Shown here: positions 1-9,301 of the stretch, in pieces
Layout: every line of letters starts with the position of its first letter
How positions within the stretch are numbered: position 1 is the stretch's first letter
Origin: Planctomycetia bacterium
GTDB lineage: Bacteria; Planctomycetota; Planctomycetia; Pirellulales; UBA1268
Reading direction: 5' to 3'
NCBI GenBank assembly: GCA_009926295.1
Contig: RFPF01000001.1
Location: forward strand, 1-47,560
Length of the DNA: 47,560 bases
The notes under the pieces: model-generated
Seen by the model: the letters and a program-made list of their open reading frames with translations, nothing else
Told to the model about the DNA's origin: nothing
Database searches by the model: none
Position numbers and translations under genes: made by a program

Positions 1-567
1 CGCTCGGATACTCCGCTCGCCTCGCGATCCAAGAGGATCGTGTTCGTCGGACAGATGATTCACCGCAAGGGCGTGGACGTGCTGCTCGAGGCCTTCGAAC
101 GTTCCGGCCTCGCCGGGGCAGGCTGGCAGCTCGAGATGTTCGGCAGCGGCCCGCTCGGCGGGCTGGCAGCGGGCCGTGCCGGAGTGAGGCATGTGGAATT
201 CAGCCCGCCGGAAGTCGTCGCCCGGGCGGTCGGAGCCGCCCGCATCTGCGTGATGCCCAGCCGCGACGACAACTGGCCGTTGGCACTCCATGAGGGCGCT
301 TCCGCCGGCTGCCTCCTGCTGACCACATTGGCCGTGGGGTCGAGCAGCGAACTCGTAGGGCCCGCCAACGGGCTCGTGGTCTCGCCCGGCGATCCGGCCG
401 CCCTCAGCGATGCCCTGCTGAAACTCGCGGCGTTCGACGAGGTGCAGCTTGCTCGCGCGGAAGCTGCCAGCTTGGAAAGGGCCGGCTTGTTCGGTCCGGC
501 TGCGTTCGCCGACTCCCTGCGGCACATTTGCACGACGCTGCTCCCCGCGGAGGTGTTCGGGAAGTGA
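1..567 (+). CDS. glycosyltransferase family 1/4, C-terminal part (5' end outside window)
   Basis: Frame 1 is open from nt 1 (..SKRIVFVGQMIHRKGVDVLLEAF..). GT-B C-terminal domain pattern ICVMPSRDDNWPLALHEGASAGCLLLTT. Stop at 565-567. Confidence 0.75.
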   Translation, partial: RSDTPLASRSKRIVFVGQMIHRKGVDVLLEAFERSGLAGAGWQLEMFGSGPLGGLAAGRAGVRHVEFSPPEVVARAVGAARICVMPSRDDNWPLALHEGASAGCLLLTTLAVGSSSELVGPANGLVVSPGDPAALSDALLKLAAFDEVQLARAEAASLERAGLFGPAAFADSLRHICTTLLPAEVFGK

Positions 568-584
568 GCCGTGAATCACGGCCG

Positions 585-1832
585 ATGCGCGTGATCGTGA
601 GTTCGGGAGTGGGGCGAATCCACGCGATCGAGACCGCCGTTTCGTTGCTCGACGCGGGGCTCGACGTGCGCGTGGTGACGGGCTGGGTTCCATCCCGCGT
701 GATGGCCCCGGTCGCTCGCCTGGCAGGCGGACTGATCGGCCGGCCGAACCTCGATCGTCGCCTGCAGGCCCGTTTGGCGGATGGACGGCTCCCGCGTAGC
801 AGGATCCACACGTGCGGGCTGGCGGAAGGTCTCTCCCAGGCGGGGACCCGGCTGGGTGAGTACGGCATCCTGCCCTACTGCGCCACGAATCGCCTCACGT
901 GGCGGCTGTTCGGCTATGCCTCGCGGCGTCACCTCCACTCCGCGGACATCTTCCACGTGCGCAGTGGAGCCGGGCAGGGCGGGGCGATTGCGACGGCCCG
1001 ACGACGGGGCATGAGGATCATCGTGGACCACAGCATCGCGCATCCCACCGAGATGGAACGCACGCTCGGCCCCATCTACACCCGTCAAGGACTGCCTTTC
1101 CGGATGGGCATGAACTCGCCGTTCTGGCGGCTCGTGCTCGACGATTGCTCCGCTGCGGACGTCGTGATCCTCAACTCTGATTACGTCCGGGATTCGTTTG
1201 TTGCCGCCGGCTTTCCGGAGGCACGATGCGCGACGGTGTATCTCGGGGTGCGTGAAGACTTCATCGGCCTGAAACGGGACTATGCCCGGTCCTCACCGAT
1301 ACGGCTGCTCTTCACGGGCGCGTTCGGCCTGCGAAAAGGAGCCTGCGAGATGGCCGAGGCGTGCCGGTCGCTCGATGAGCGGGGCATCGCCTACGAACTG
1401 CTCGTGGCGGGAAGTGCGGCCGAGGGCAAGCCCCTGATGGATCGGATGAACCTCCGTGGCAGCATTCGGTACCTGGGCGTGCTGCTGCAGGACGACCTCA
1501 AGACGCTCCTCGCCACCTCAGACCTGTACGTGTTTCCCACGCATGCCGAGGGGTGCGCCAGGTCCGCGATGGAAGCGATGGCCGCTGGGCTCCCCGTGAT
1601 CACCACCCGGGAATGCGGCCTGCCGGCACGCCACGGCCTGGACGGCTGGCTGGTGCCGCGGGGCGACCCCGCAGCGCTCGCCTCCGCCATCGAGCGCCTG
1701 GCGGACGACGAGCCGCTTCGAGAATCGCTCGGCCGGCAGGCGCAGCAGCGCGTGGCCGAGGAATTTCGCTGGTCGCACTATGCGGGCCGTCTCACGTCGA
1801 TCTATCGTGACGTCCTCGCACGGAACTCCTGA
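585..1832 (+). CDS. glycosyltransferase family 1/4
   Basis: Typical GT1 C-terminal region LYVFPTHAEGCARSAMEAMAAGLPVITTRECG..GWLVPRGDPAALASAI. ATG at 585 gives MRVIVSSGVG. Alternative GTG at 564 overlaps the upstream stop as GTGA. Confidence 0.8.
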   Translation: MRVIVSSGVGRIHAIETAVSLLDAGLDVRVVTGWVPSRVMAPVARLAGGLIGRPNLDRRLQARLADGRLPRSRIHTCGLAEGLSQAGTRLGEYGILPYCATNRLTWRLFGYASRRHLHSADIFHVRSGAGQGGAIATARRRGMRIIVDHSIAHPTEMERTLGPIYTRQGLPFRMGMNSPFWRLVLDDCSAADVVILNSDYVRDSFVAAGFPEARCATVYLGVREDFIGLKRDYARSSPIRLLFTGAFGLRKGACEMAEACRSLDERGIAYELLVAGSAAEGKPLMDRMNLRGSIRYLGVLLQDDLKTLLATSDLYVFPTHAEGCARSAMEAMAAGLPVITTRECGLPARHGLDGWLVPRGDPAALASAIERLADDEPLRESLGRQAQQRVAEEFRWSHYAGRLTSIYRDVLARNS

Positions 1833-1845
1833 GCCGGGCAGCGCC

Positions 1846-2643
1846 ATGCTTCACGAACCCCGCATCGCCTTCTACCGCCGGACGATCGAGCGGTGGATCC
1901 CGTCCACGGACGCGAGCGTGCTGGTGGTGGGCGGGGGAGAAAACGACCGCGACGTGTTCCGCTCCCTCGGCTTCCGCAAGGTGACGATCTCCAACGTCGC
2001 GTCGGCGCTCGCCCGGGCCGATTGCGACCCCTTTGAAACGATGGCGCTCGACGCGGAGCGGCTGGAACTGCCCGACGAGGCGTTCGACTACGCCGTCGTC
2101 CACGCGGTCCTGCATCACTGCGCGAGCCCGCACGCCGCATTGCTGGAACTCTACCGCGTGGCACGGAAGGCGGTCATCTTCTTCGAATCCCGCGACAGTG
2201 TCACGATGCGTGCCCTCGGAGCGCTCGGTTTGTCGTACGTCTACGAGTATCCCGCCGTAATCAACAACAACTGCGAGGCCGGGGGCGTCCGCGACACGGA
2301 GATTCCCAACTTCATCTACCGCTGGACGGAACGCGAGGTCGAGAAGACGATCTCCTGCTACGCACCTCACGCCAAGCATCGATTCGAGTATGCCCGCGGC
2401 AGCACGTACGAGATCATGGGCGGCTGGTCTCCCAAGGCGATCGTGGTGCGGCTGCTCATCCCGTTCTACAAGGCTTTCGTGTGGCTGTTCCCCGGACAGC
2501 AAAATATGTTCGCAGTGAAGATCCTCAAGCCGTCTCTTCCCGCCGATCTCCAGCCGTGGCTGGTGATGCGCGATGGACGCGTCGCGTTCAGCCGCGAATG
2601 GGCCGCGATTCACGCGCCCGCGGCCGCCCGGGCCTGCGAATGA
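1846..2643 (+). CDS. class I SAM-dependent methyltransferase
   Basis: SAM-binding-like VLVVGGGENDRDVFRSLGF and Methyltransf_11-like LPDEAFDYAVVHAVLHHCASPHAALLELYRVARKAVIFFE. ATG at 1846 lies 14 nt after the upstream stop. Confidence 0.75.
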   Translation: MLHEPRIAFYRRTIERWIPSTDASVLVVGGGENDRDVFRSLGFRKVTISNVASALARADCDPFETMALDAERLELPDEAFDYAVVHAVLHHCASPHAALLELYRVARKAVIFFESRDSVTMRALGALGLSYVYEYPAVINNNCEAGGVRDTEIPNFIYRWTEREVEKTISCYAPHAKHRFEYARGSTYEIMGGWSPKAIVVRLLIPFYKAFVWLFPGQQNMFAVKILKPSLPADLQPWLVMRDGRVAFSREWAAIHAPAAARACE

Positions 2644-3435
2644 TGCCGCGGCTGGGCATCGTCGTACCCTCCAGAAATGCAGCCGCGACCATCGGCAGCA
2701 CCCTGGGCGCGCTCCGCGAGATTCCCGGAGTGGAGGCGGACGTCATCGTCGTCGATGGCCACTCGGAAGATGGCACCGCCGATCTGGCTTCGGCGATGGG
2801 CGCCCGCCCCCGCCGGCATCTACGACGCGATCAATGCCGGGCTGGAGGCGGTCGAGGGAGAATGGCTGACGTACATCAACGCCGACGACATCCTGTATGT
2901 CGATGGGCTCGCGGCTCGCCTCGTCGGGGCTGCGAACCACGACGTCACGTACGGGCCCGTGGACTTCGTCGATGCAGCAGGTTGTCATCTGCATCGCTGG
3001 CACTCCGCGCGGCCGGCGCACCTTCTCTGTCTTTACCGCGCAGGCATGAGCCCGCTCCTGCAGCAGGGAACGGTGTTCCGCCGAGAGGTGTTCCGCCGAC
3101 TGCGTGGATTCGACACGCGGTGGCAGCTCGTCGCCGACGCCGATTTCTGGTTTCGCGCGGCCGAGCAGGGATTCCGCTTCCAGAGGACGACCGCCGCTTC
3201 CGTCGCGGCATTTCGCATGCATCCCCTCCAGGCGGGCCGGCTCCGGGCGGATGAATCCAGGCGAGAGCACGCGACCATGATCGCCTCGCACCGGGCGTGC
3301 GGGGCGTGGCCAGGCATGGCTGCTGCGTGGGCATGGCGAGCCGGCAATTGGCGGAGTTACCTGCGGCGCCTGTCGAGGATCGGCGGCGGCGATTTGAGGA
3401 ATGCGCTCGGCAGCTACGCGACGGGCGCCCCGTGA
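2640..3435 (+). pseudogene. glycosyltransferase family 2, reading frame broken (frameshift near 2800-2818)
   Basis: The N-terminal GT2 signature MMPRLGIVVPSRNAAATIGSTLGALREIPGVEADVIVVDGHSEDGTADLASAMGARP is in frame 3 from ATG 2640 (ATGA overlap with the upstream stop). The continuation PAGIYDAINAGLEAVEGEWLTYINADDILYVDG...FWFRAAEQGFRF is in frame 1 (ORF 2677..3435). The junction lies in the C-rich run gcgcccgcccccgccggc. Confidence 0.7.
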
Positions 3436-4655
3436 GCGAGCCACCCGACCACCCCGGTCCCTCCAGCCTCCACGTGATCACGGGGCTTTGGCGACACACT
3501 GGCGGACCCGCCGAGACGGTTCCCGCCCTCTGCGGCGGCCTCGTGCGTGCGGGGGCTCCGGTCACGCTCGCCACGCTGGCGGGCGACCTGGCCGATCCCG
3601 TGCGGACCGCCGCAGCGGCAGGCGTCGACGTGAGGACGTTTCCGGCCAGCGTCCGCCACACCATGTGGTACAGCCGCAGCCTGCACGCCGCTCTCCCCGA
3701 TCTCGTCGCCGATCACGACCTCGTGCACGCCCACGCGATGTGGCAGGCGCCGGGGTGGCTTGCCTGCGAGGAGGCCGTGCGCCGGGGCAAACCGTTGGTG
3801 ATCTCGCCACGTGGCTCGCTGCTGCCCCGACGGCTGGCCAAGAGCCGGCTCAAGAAGCGACTCGCGTCACTGCTCTTCGATGGCCGCAACGTCCGACGCT
3901 GCAGCCTCATGCACGCGACGTCCGACGAAGAAGCGGGGTCGATCCGCACGTTCGGATACCGCGGTCCGATCGCCGTCATTCCCAACGGGATCGAGGTTCC
4001 GGACGATTCGACGCTGCGGCTCGCCGCCGGGCGGTGCGCCGCCCTTCATTGTCGATATCCCGAGACCGCGGGCAGGCGGTTGCTCCTGTTTCTGTCGCGC
4101 ATCGAACCCATCAAGGGGGTCACCTCGCTCGCAAAGGCGTGGGGACGGCTGGCGGCCGGCCATCCGGAATGGCACCTCGTGATCGCCGGGCCGGCGGAAC
4201 GGAATCATGATCACGAGGTGTGCGAAATCCTCGACTCGTCTGGCGTCCTGCACCGCACAACGCTCGCCGGTCCGCTCTACGGTGACGATCGCGAAGCGGC
4301 GTTCGCGGCGTGTGAAGTCTTCGTGCTGCCGACCACGAGCGAAAATTTCGGGATGGTGATCGGCGAGGCGCTGGCCCGCGGCCGCCCCGTGATCACCACA
4401 CTGGGTGCGCCGTGGCCCGGCATCGTCGATCATGACTGCGGCTGGCGGATCCCCCTGGGAGACGGGTGCCTCGTGGAGTGTCTCGACGGGGCGATGTCGA
4501 CGCCGCCCTCGACCCTCCGCGCGATGGGAGACCGCGGGCGGGGCTGGATGCAGCGGGACTTCTCCTGGCCCTCCATCTGCGGCCGCATGCGCGGGGCCTA
4601 TGATTGGACCCTGGGTCGTGTGGCCGCCACGCCACCCGACGTGCGAATCACTTGA
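3432..4655 (+). CDS. glycosyltransferase family 4 (GT-B)
   Basis: GTG at 3432 overlaps the upstream TGA (GTGA). N-terminal LHVITGLWRHTGGPAETVPALCGGLVRAG and C-terminal VFVLPTTSENFGMVIGEALARGRPVITT are typical GT4. Confidence 0.8.
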   Translation: MSEPPDHPGPSSLHVITGLWRHTGGPAETVPALCGGLVRAGAPVTLATLAGDLADPVRTAAAAGVDVRTFPASVRHTMWYSRSLHAALPDLVADHDLVHAHAMWQAPGWLACEEAVRRGKPLVISPRGSLLPRRLAKSRLKKRLASLLFDGRNVRRCSLMHATSDEEAGSIRTFGYRGPIAVIPNGIEVPDDSTLRLAAGRCAALHCRYPETAGRRLLLFLSRIEPIKGVTSLAKAWGRLAAGHPEWHLVIAGPAERNHDHEVCEILDSSGVLHRTTLAGPLYGDDREAAFAACEVFVLPTTSENFGMVIGEALARGRPVITTLGAPWPGIVDHDCGWRIPLGDGCLVECLDGAMSTPPSTLRAMGDRGRGWMQRDFSWPSICGRMRGAYDWTLGRVAATPPDVRIT

Positions 4656-4729
4656 TGAACAACCGGCCGGGCGACGCTACCATTACCGGGGGCAGGTCGG
4701 TCGCACAACAACACCCGGGGAAACGCCTC

Positions 4730-5890
4730 ATGGGAACGGAAAAGATTGCCGTCGTCACCGGCGCGGGGGGATTCATCGGCGGGCATCTCATCTCCTCGCT
4801 GCTTCGCATCCCGGGCGTGCGGGTCCGGGCTGCCGACATCAAGCCGCTTGCAGACTGGTATCAGGTGTTCGACGACGCGGAGAACCATGCCGGCGCCCTC
4901 GACGGGGATGTCCGAGACTTCGCCGTCTGTCGGGAGCTCTGCTCGGAAGCCAGCGATGTCTACCAGCTCGCCGCCGACATGGGGGGCATGGGTTTCATCG
5001 AAAACAACAAGGCGCTCTGCATGCTGAGCGTCCTCACGAACACCCACATGCTGCTCGCCGCACAGGAGGCGGGTGTCGGACGGTTCTTCTTCAGCTCGTC
5101 TGCCTGCGTCTACAACGCCGAGAAACAACTCGACCCCGACGTCACGGCGCTCGCGGAGGCCGACGCCTACCCCGCACTGCCGGAGGATGGGTATGGCTGG
5201 GAGAAGCTCTTCAGCGAGCGCATGTGCCGGCACTTCCGGGAGGATTTCGGGATCCAGACCCGCGTGGCCCGGTTTCACAACGTGTACGGACCTCATGGCA
5301 CCTGGTACGGAGGTCGCGAGAAGGCCCCAGCCGCGATCTGCCGCAAGGTGATCGCGGCGAAGGCGTCCGGCGACCACACCATCGAGATCTGGGGAGACGG
5401 GCATCAGACCCGCTCGTTCATGTTCATCGACGACTGCGTCCTCGGAATCCGCAAACTCATGGATTCGACGGTCCTCGAGCCGATCAATCTCGGCTCGAGC
5501 GAGATGGTCACGATCAACCAGCTCGTCGACATCGCCGAAGACGTCGCGGGCATCAAGCTCGAGCGCAGGTACAAGCTCGACGCTCCGCGGGGTGTCGCCG
5601 GCCGCAACAGCGACAACACGAAGATCAAGCGTCATCTGGGCTGGGAACCCTCCACCTCGCTCCGCGACGGAATCGCCGCCACGTATCGATGGATCGAGCA
5701 GGAGTTCCATGCGCTCGGTGCCCAGGGCAGCAACGCTGCGATTCAGGGCATGGGCACGAGTTCATTCAGCCATGGGGCCAAGGCGATTCCGGGCGACGGC
5801 TTCCTCGCCGAATCGCGGTTTCTGGATACGTGGCGGCAGGGCATCCCAGCCGGCTACGGTTCACACCCGCCGGTGAGAGCGGGCGGGTGA
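4730..5890 (+). CDS. gme: GDP-mannose 3,5-epimerase (extended SDR)
   Basis: Rossmann motif VTGAGGFIGGH. Long blocks match my recollection of plant/bacterial GME: LAADMGGMGFI, RFFFSSSACVYNAEKQ, YPALPEDGYGWEKL, RFHNVYGPHGTWYGGREKAPAAICRK, IWGDGHQTRSFMFIDDCV, GVAGRNSDNTKIKRHLGW. Confidence 0.85.
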   Translation: MGTEKIAVVTGAGGFIGGHLISSLLRIPGVRVRAADIKPLADWYQVFDDAENHAGALDGDVRDFAVCRELCSEASDVYQLAADMGGMGFIENNKALCMLSVLTNTHMLLAAQEAGVGRFFFSSSACVYNAEKQLDPDVTALAEADAYPALPEDGYGWEKLFSERMCRHFREDFGIQTRVARFHNVYGPHGTWYGGREKAPAAICRKVIAAKASGDHTIEIWGDGHQTRSFMFIDDCVLGIRKLMDSTVLEPINLGSSEMVTINQLVDIAEDVAGIKLERRYKLDAPRGVAGRNSDNTKIKRHLGWEPSTSLRDGIAATYRWIEQEFHALGAQGSNAAIQGMGTSSFSHGAKAIPGDGFLAESRFLDTWRQGIPAGYGSHPPVRAGG

Positions 5891-7158
5891 AGCGCAATCC
5901 GCAGGTTCCCGCGGAGGCCTCGCAGGGGAGGGCGACCCGCACCCTGCTCATCATCAGCCAGGTGTACGTGCCCGATCCCGCATCGGTGGGCCAGCACGTG
6001 GCCGACGTCGCCGAGGAAATGGCGCATCGCGGCTGGAGGGTCGTCGTCTACACGTCGGCCCGCGGCTACGAGGATCCATCGACCCGGTATCCACGGCGAG
6101 AGATACGCGGGGGAGTTGACGTGAGGAGGCTGCCGTTCTCGAGCTTCGGCAAGTCCTCCATCCGTGCCCGCTTGCTCGGGCAGGTGCTTTTCCTGGCCCA
6201 GGCCATGCTGCGAGGCCTCTGCCTGGGACGCGTCGACGCCGTCCTCGCCAGCACGAGTCCGCCCTTCGCCGGTGCGGGCGGCGCGGCGATTTCCCGGCTG
6301 CGCAACGCGTCCCTGCTGTGGTGGGTCATGGATCTCAATCCCGACCAGTTGGTGGCCGCCGGCCGCATCTCACCGGCATCGCCGTTCGTGCGACTCTTCG
6401 ACTGGCTCAACCGCTGCACGCTCCGTCGGGCAGACACGGTGGTCGTACTCGACCGCTTCATGCAGGAACGGGTGTCCGCCAAGTTGGACGTGGCGAAAAA
6501 ACTCCGGGTCATCCCACCGTGGCCTCACGACGACGACCTCGCTTCAACCGTTGGCTCGCCGCTCTCGTTCCGGTCGGCCCATGGGCTCGAGGGCAAATTC
6601 GTCGTCATGTACTCCGGAAACCACAGCCCGCACAATCCGCTCGATACGCTTCTCGAAGCCGCGAAAGCGCTCGAGGCGGACGACGGCATCCGTTTCGTGT
6701 TCATCGGCGGCGGGGCGGGCAAGGAGGACGTCGATCGGATGATCGCGGCAGGCGCCCGTAACATCCTGTCGCTGCCCTACCAGCCGAAAAACGCCCTCGG
6801 AGCGACCTTGGGTGCGGCCGACGTCCACGTGGTGTCGATCGGTGATGCGATGGTGGGAATCATCCATCCCTGCAAGATCTACGGGGCGATGGCGATCGGT
6901 CGTCCGATCCTGCTTTTTGGCCCACGTTCGTGCCATGCCGCCGACATCATGGACGAGGAAACGATCGGCTGGCATGTCTCTCACGGCGACGTGGTGGAGA
7001 CCGTCGCCGCGATCCGGGAGGCCAGGACGATGACCTCTGAAGAGCGGGATCGTGTCGGCTTGCGGGCTCGTGCCGTCGCCGCCGAGCGGTTCACCAAGGA
7101 AAGACTGCTCGCCCGTTTCTGCGACCTCATCGGGCGAAACCACGACGATGAATCCTGA
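5887..7158 (+). CDS. glycosyltransferase family 4, WcaI-like
   Basis: GTG at 5887 overlaps the gme stop (GTGA). LLIISQVYVPDPASVGQHVADVAEEMAHRGWRVVVYTSARGY and C-terminal PYQPKNALGATLGAADVHVVS..IHPCKIYGAMAIGRPILLFGP resemble WcaI/WbuB-type GT4 enzymes. The upstream 490 codons of the 917-aa track ORF are a shadow over gme. Confidence 0.8.
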   Translation: MKRNPQVPAEASQGRATRTLLIISQVYVPDPASVGQHVADVAEEMAHRGWRVVVYTSARGYEDPSTRYPRREIRGGVDVRRLPFSSFGKSSIRARLLGQVLFLAQAMLRGLCLGRVDAVLASTSPPFAGAGGAAISRLRNASLLWWVMDLNPDQLVAAGRISPASPFVRLFDWLNRCTLRRADTVVVLDRFMQERVSAKLDVAKKLRVIPPWPHDDDLASTVGSPLSFRSAHGLEGKFVVMYSGNHSPHNPLDTLLEAAKALEADDGIRFVFIGGGAGKEDVDRMIAAGARNILSLPYQPKNALGATLGAADVHVVSIGDAMVGIIHPCKIYGAMAIGRPILLFGPRSCHAADIMDEETIGWHVSHGDVVETVAAIREARTMTSEERDRVGLRARAVAAERFTKERLLARFCDLIGRNHDDES

Positions 7159-7188
7159 TCTTCTCGAGCCCAGGGCGGCCACGAGGTG

Positions 7189-8367
7189 ATGAACGCCGTT
7201 CGAGCTTGGAACGTGTGCCTCACCCACGACCCTTGCCTGGCTGGGCTGTACCGCGCCGTGAACGATTTCTCGAGGGGGCTCCGCGCCCCGATCCTGTCCT
7301 TCGACGACGGACGAATCGATCGACGCCGGCTTGGCGACGCTGACGGGGCCCACCGGGTTCCGTGTGGCCGGAGCCCCCTGTTCCGGGACTGCCATCTGCT
7401 CTCCCGGGTCGCCTCGAAGCAGGGCGATGAGCTGCTGCGTGATGCGAACCTCCTCGTCGCGCACTCGCTTTTTCGAGCGCACGTGCCCTGGGTACGAGGT
7501 CGGGCCCTCCTTCACGTGGGACGGTATTGGGTCGTTCCCCACGGCTGCCTCGATCCGTGGGGCCTGCGGCGCCGGGCGGCGGCGAAGCGGCTCTGGCTCT
7601 CGCTGTGGGGAATCCGCTGCCTCGCCGACGCCGAACACGTCGTGTTTTCGTCGCGGGGCGAGCACCGGAAGGCGCACCACTGGCTGACGAAAGACAACGG
7701 TGTCGTGATCCACTGGCCGGTCGACATTCCAGACCTCGGGGCCAGGAACGAGCGCCGCGATCACTTCCGCGGGCTTTTTCGAATCCCGTCGGATGCACGC
7801 CTGCTGCTCTCGGTGGGCAGGCTCCACTCGATGAAGCGGCCGCTGGCCATGCTCCGGGCGTTCGCGGCCGGCGCCGCGGATACGTGCCATCTGCTCGTCG
7901 CGGGGATGGATGGCGACCTTACTCGCAATCAGGTTGCAGCGGCCGTCCCGGAAAAAGTTCGAAAGCGGGTGCACGTGGTGGGGCCCCTTCAAGGCGCGGA
8001 CCTCGCCGATGCCTTCCTCGCGTCCGATGCATTCATCTCGCTGTCGTATCGTGAGAACTTCGGATACGCGCTCTGTGACGCACTCGCATATGGACTTCCC
8101 GTGATCGTCACGCCCGGTCACGACATCGTCGACGACCTGCCTGCGACGGACGCCGGCCGGCTCGCCTGCGGATGGCTGCTCCCGGACGACGGCCTCTCCG
8201 CTGCGCGGGCGGCGATCGCCGAATTCTCGGAAGCCGCAGGTGAGCAGCTCATATCGACCGGGGCGGCTGGCCGGGCGTGGGCTGAACGGCACCTGTCGCG
8301 GAGCCGTTTTGAAGAGGCCGTCGCCGCCCTCGCATCTTCACCCGTTCGTCCAACCGGAGCCCCATGA
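7189..8367 (+). CDS. glycosyltransferase family 1
   Basis: C-terminal GT1 block AFISLSYRENFGYALCDALAYGLPVIVTPGHD. Start is ATG 7189 or the adjacent GTG 7186, 28 nt after the upstream stop. Confidence 0.7.
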   Translation: MNAVRAWNVCLTHDPCLAGLYRAVNDFSRGLRAPILSFDDGRIDRRRLGDADGAHRVPCGRSPLFRDCHLLSRVASKQGDELLRDANLLVAHSLFRAHVPWVRGRALLHVGRYWVVPHGCLDPWGLRRRAAAKRLWLSLWGIRCLADAEHVVFSSRGEHRKAHHWLTKDNGVVIHWPVDIPDLGARNERRDHFRGLFRIPSDARLLLSVGRLHSMKRPLAMLRAFAAGAADTCHLLVAGMDGDLTRNQVAAAVPEKVRKRVHVVGPLQGADLADAFLASDAFISLSYRENFGYALCDALAYGLPVIVTPGHDIVDDLPATDAGRLACGWLLPDDGLSAARAAIAEFSEAAGEQLISTGAAGRAWAERHLSRSRFEEAVAALASSPVRPTGAP

Positions 8368-9263
8368 TGGAGCAGCGTGCCCCGACCGACCGATCGCTCC
8401 CCGTAACCGCCATCGTCGCAACGCGCAACGAAGCCGTGAACATCGGTCGGTGCCTGGAATCGCTCCGTCCGGCAGCCAGGGTGATCGTGCTGGATTCGGG
8501 AAGCACCGATGGCACGGACGCGATCGCCCGGTCGGCAGGGGCGGAAGTGCTCCAGTTTCGCTACCGGGGGGGCTATCCCAAGAAGCGGCAGTGGGCGATC
8601 GACACCCTCTCCTTCGCCACGCCGTGGATCCTGCTCGTGGATGCGGACGAGCAGATTCCCCCGCCGCTGTGGGACGAAATCGCGGCGGCCACGCGGGCGG
8701 TCGACGGACCGACGGCCTATTTCATCCGCAAGGGATTCCACTTTCTGGGGAGGCGGTTCCGGTACGGCGGGTTTTCTTTCGATGCCCTGCTCCTGTTCCG
8801 GACGGGACAGGCGCGATTCGAGCACCTCGTCGATGACGACCCGAGCGGCATGGACATGGAAATCCACGAGCGGCTGATCGTGGACGGCACGACCGCATCC
8901 CTGAGAACGCCGCTGATCCACGACGACTTCAAGCGGCTCGACTCCTACATCGACAAACACAACCGTTACAGTTCGTGGGAGGCACGACTTCGGTTCGACT
9001 TCCTCCGCACCGGCCGCTGGGGCCTCGAGTCCGTCCGGCCGAGGCTGTTCGGCAACCCTCAGGAACGACGCCGCTTTCTCAAGTTCATCGCCTTGCGGCT
9101 GCCCTTCGAGCCGGCGTTGTGGTTCACGTATCACTTCCTGGTTCGTGGCGGGTTTCTGGAGGGAATCCGCGGCTACATCGCATGCCGCATCCGGGCCGCA
9201 TACATCGCGGCCGTGCGGGCGAAAATGTACGAGTTGCGGATCCGCGAGCGTGACCTGCAGTGA
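8364..9263 (+). CDS. glycosyltransferase family 2
   Basis: ATGA overlap with the upstream stop. GT2 N-terminus VTAIVATRNEAVNIGRCLESLRPAARVIVLDSGSTDGTDAIARSAGAEV and ILLVDADEQIP (DxD-like). Confidence 0.8.
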   Translation: MMEQRAPTDRSLPVTAIVATRNEAVNIGRCLESLRPAARVIVLDSGSTDGTDAIARSAGAEVLQFRYRGGYPKKRQWAIDTLSFATPWILLVDADEQIPPPLWDEIAAATRAVDGPTAYFIRKGFHFLGRRFRYGGFSFDALLLFRTGQARFEHLVDDDPSGMDMEIHERLIVDGTTASLRTPLIHDDFKRLDSYIDKHNRYSSWEARLRFDFLRTGRWGLESVRPRLFGNPQERRRFLKFIALRLPFEPALWFTYHFLVRGGFLEGIRGYIACRIRAAYIAAVRAKMYELRIRERDLQ

Positions 9264-9301
9264 TCCTGAACTCGCCGACGGGAGGGGCCGGCGGCGGGGC
9301 T

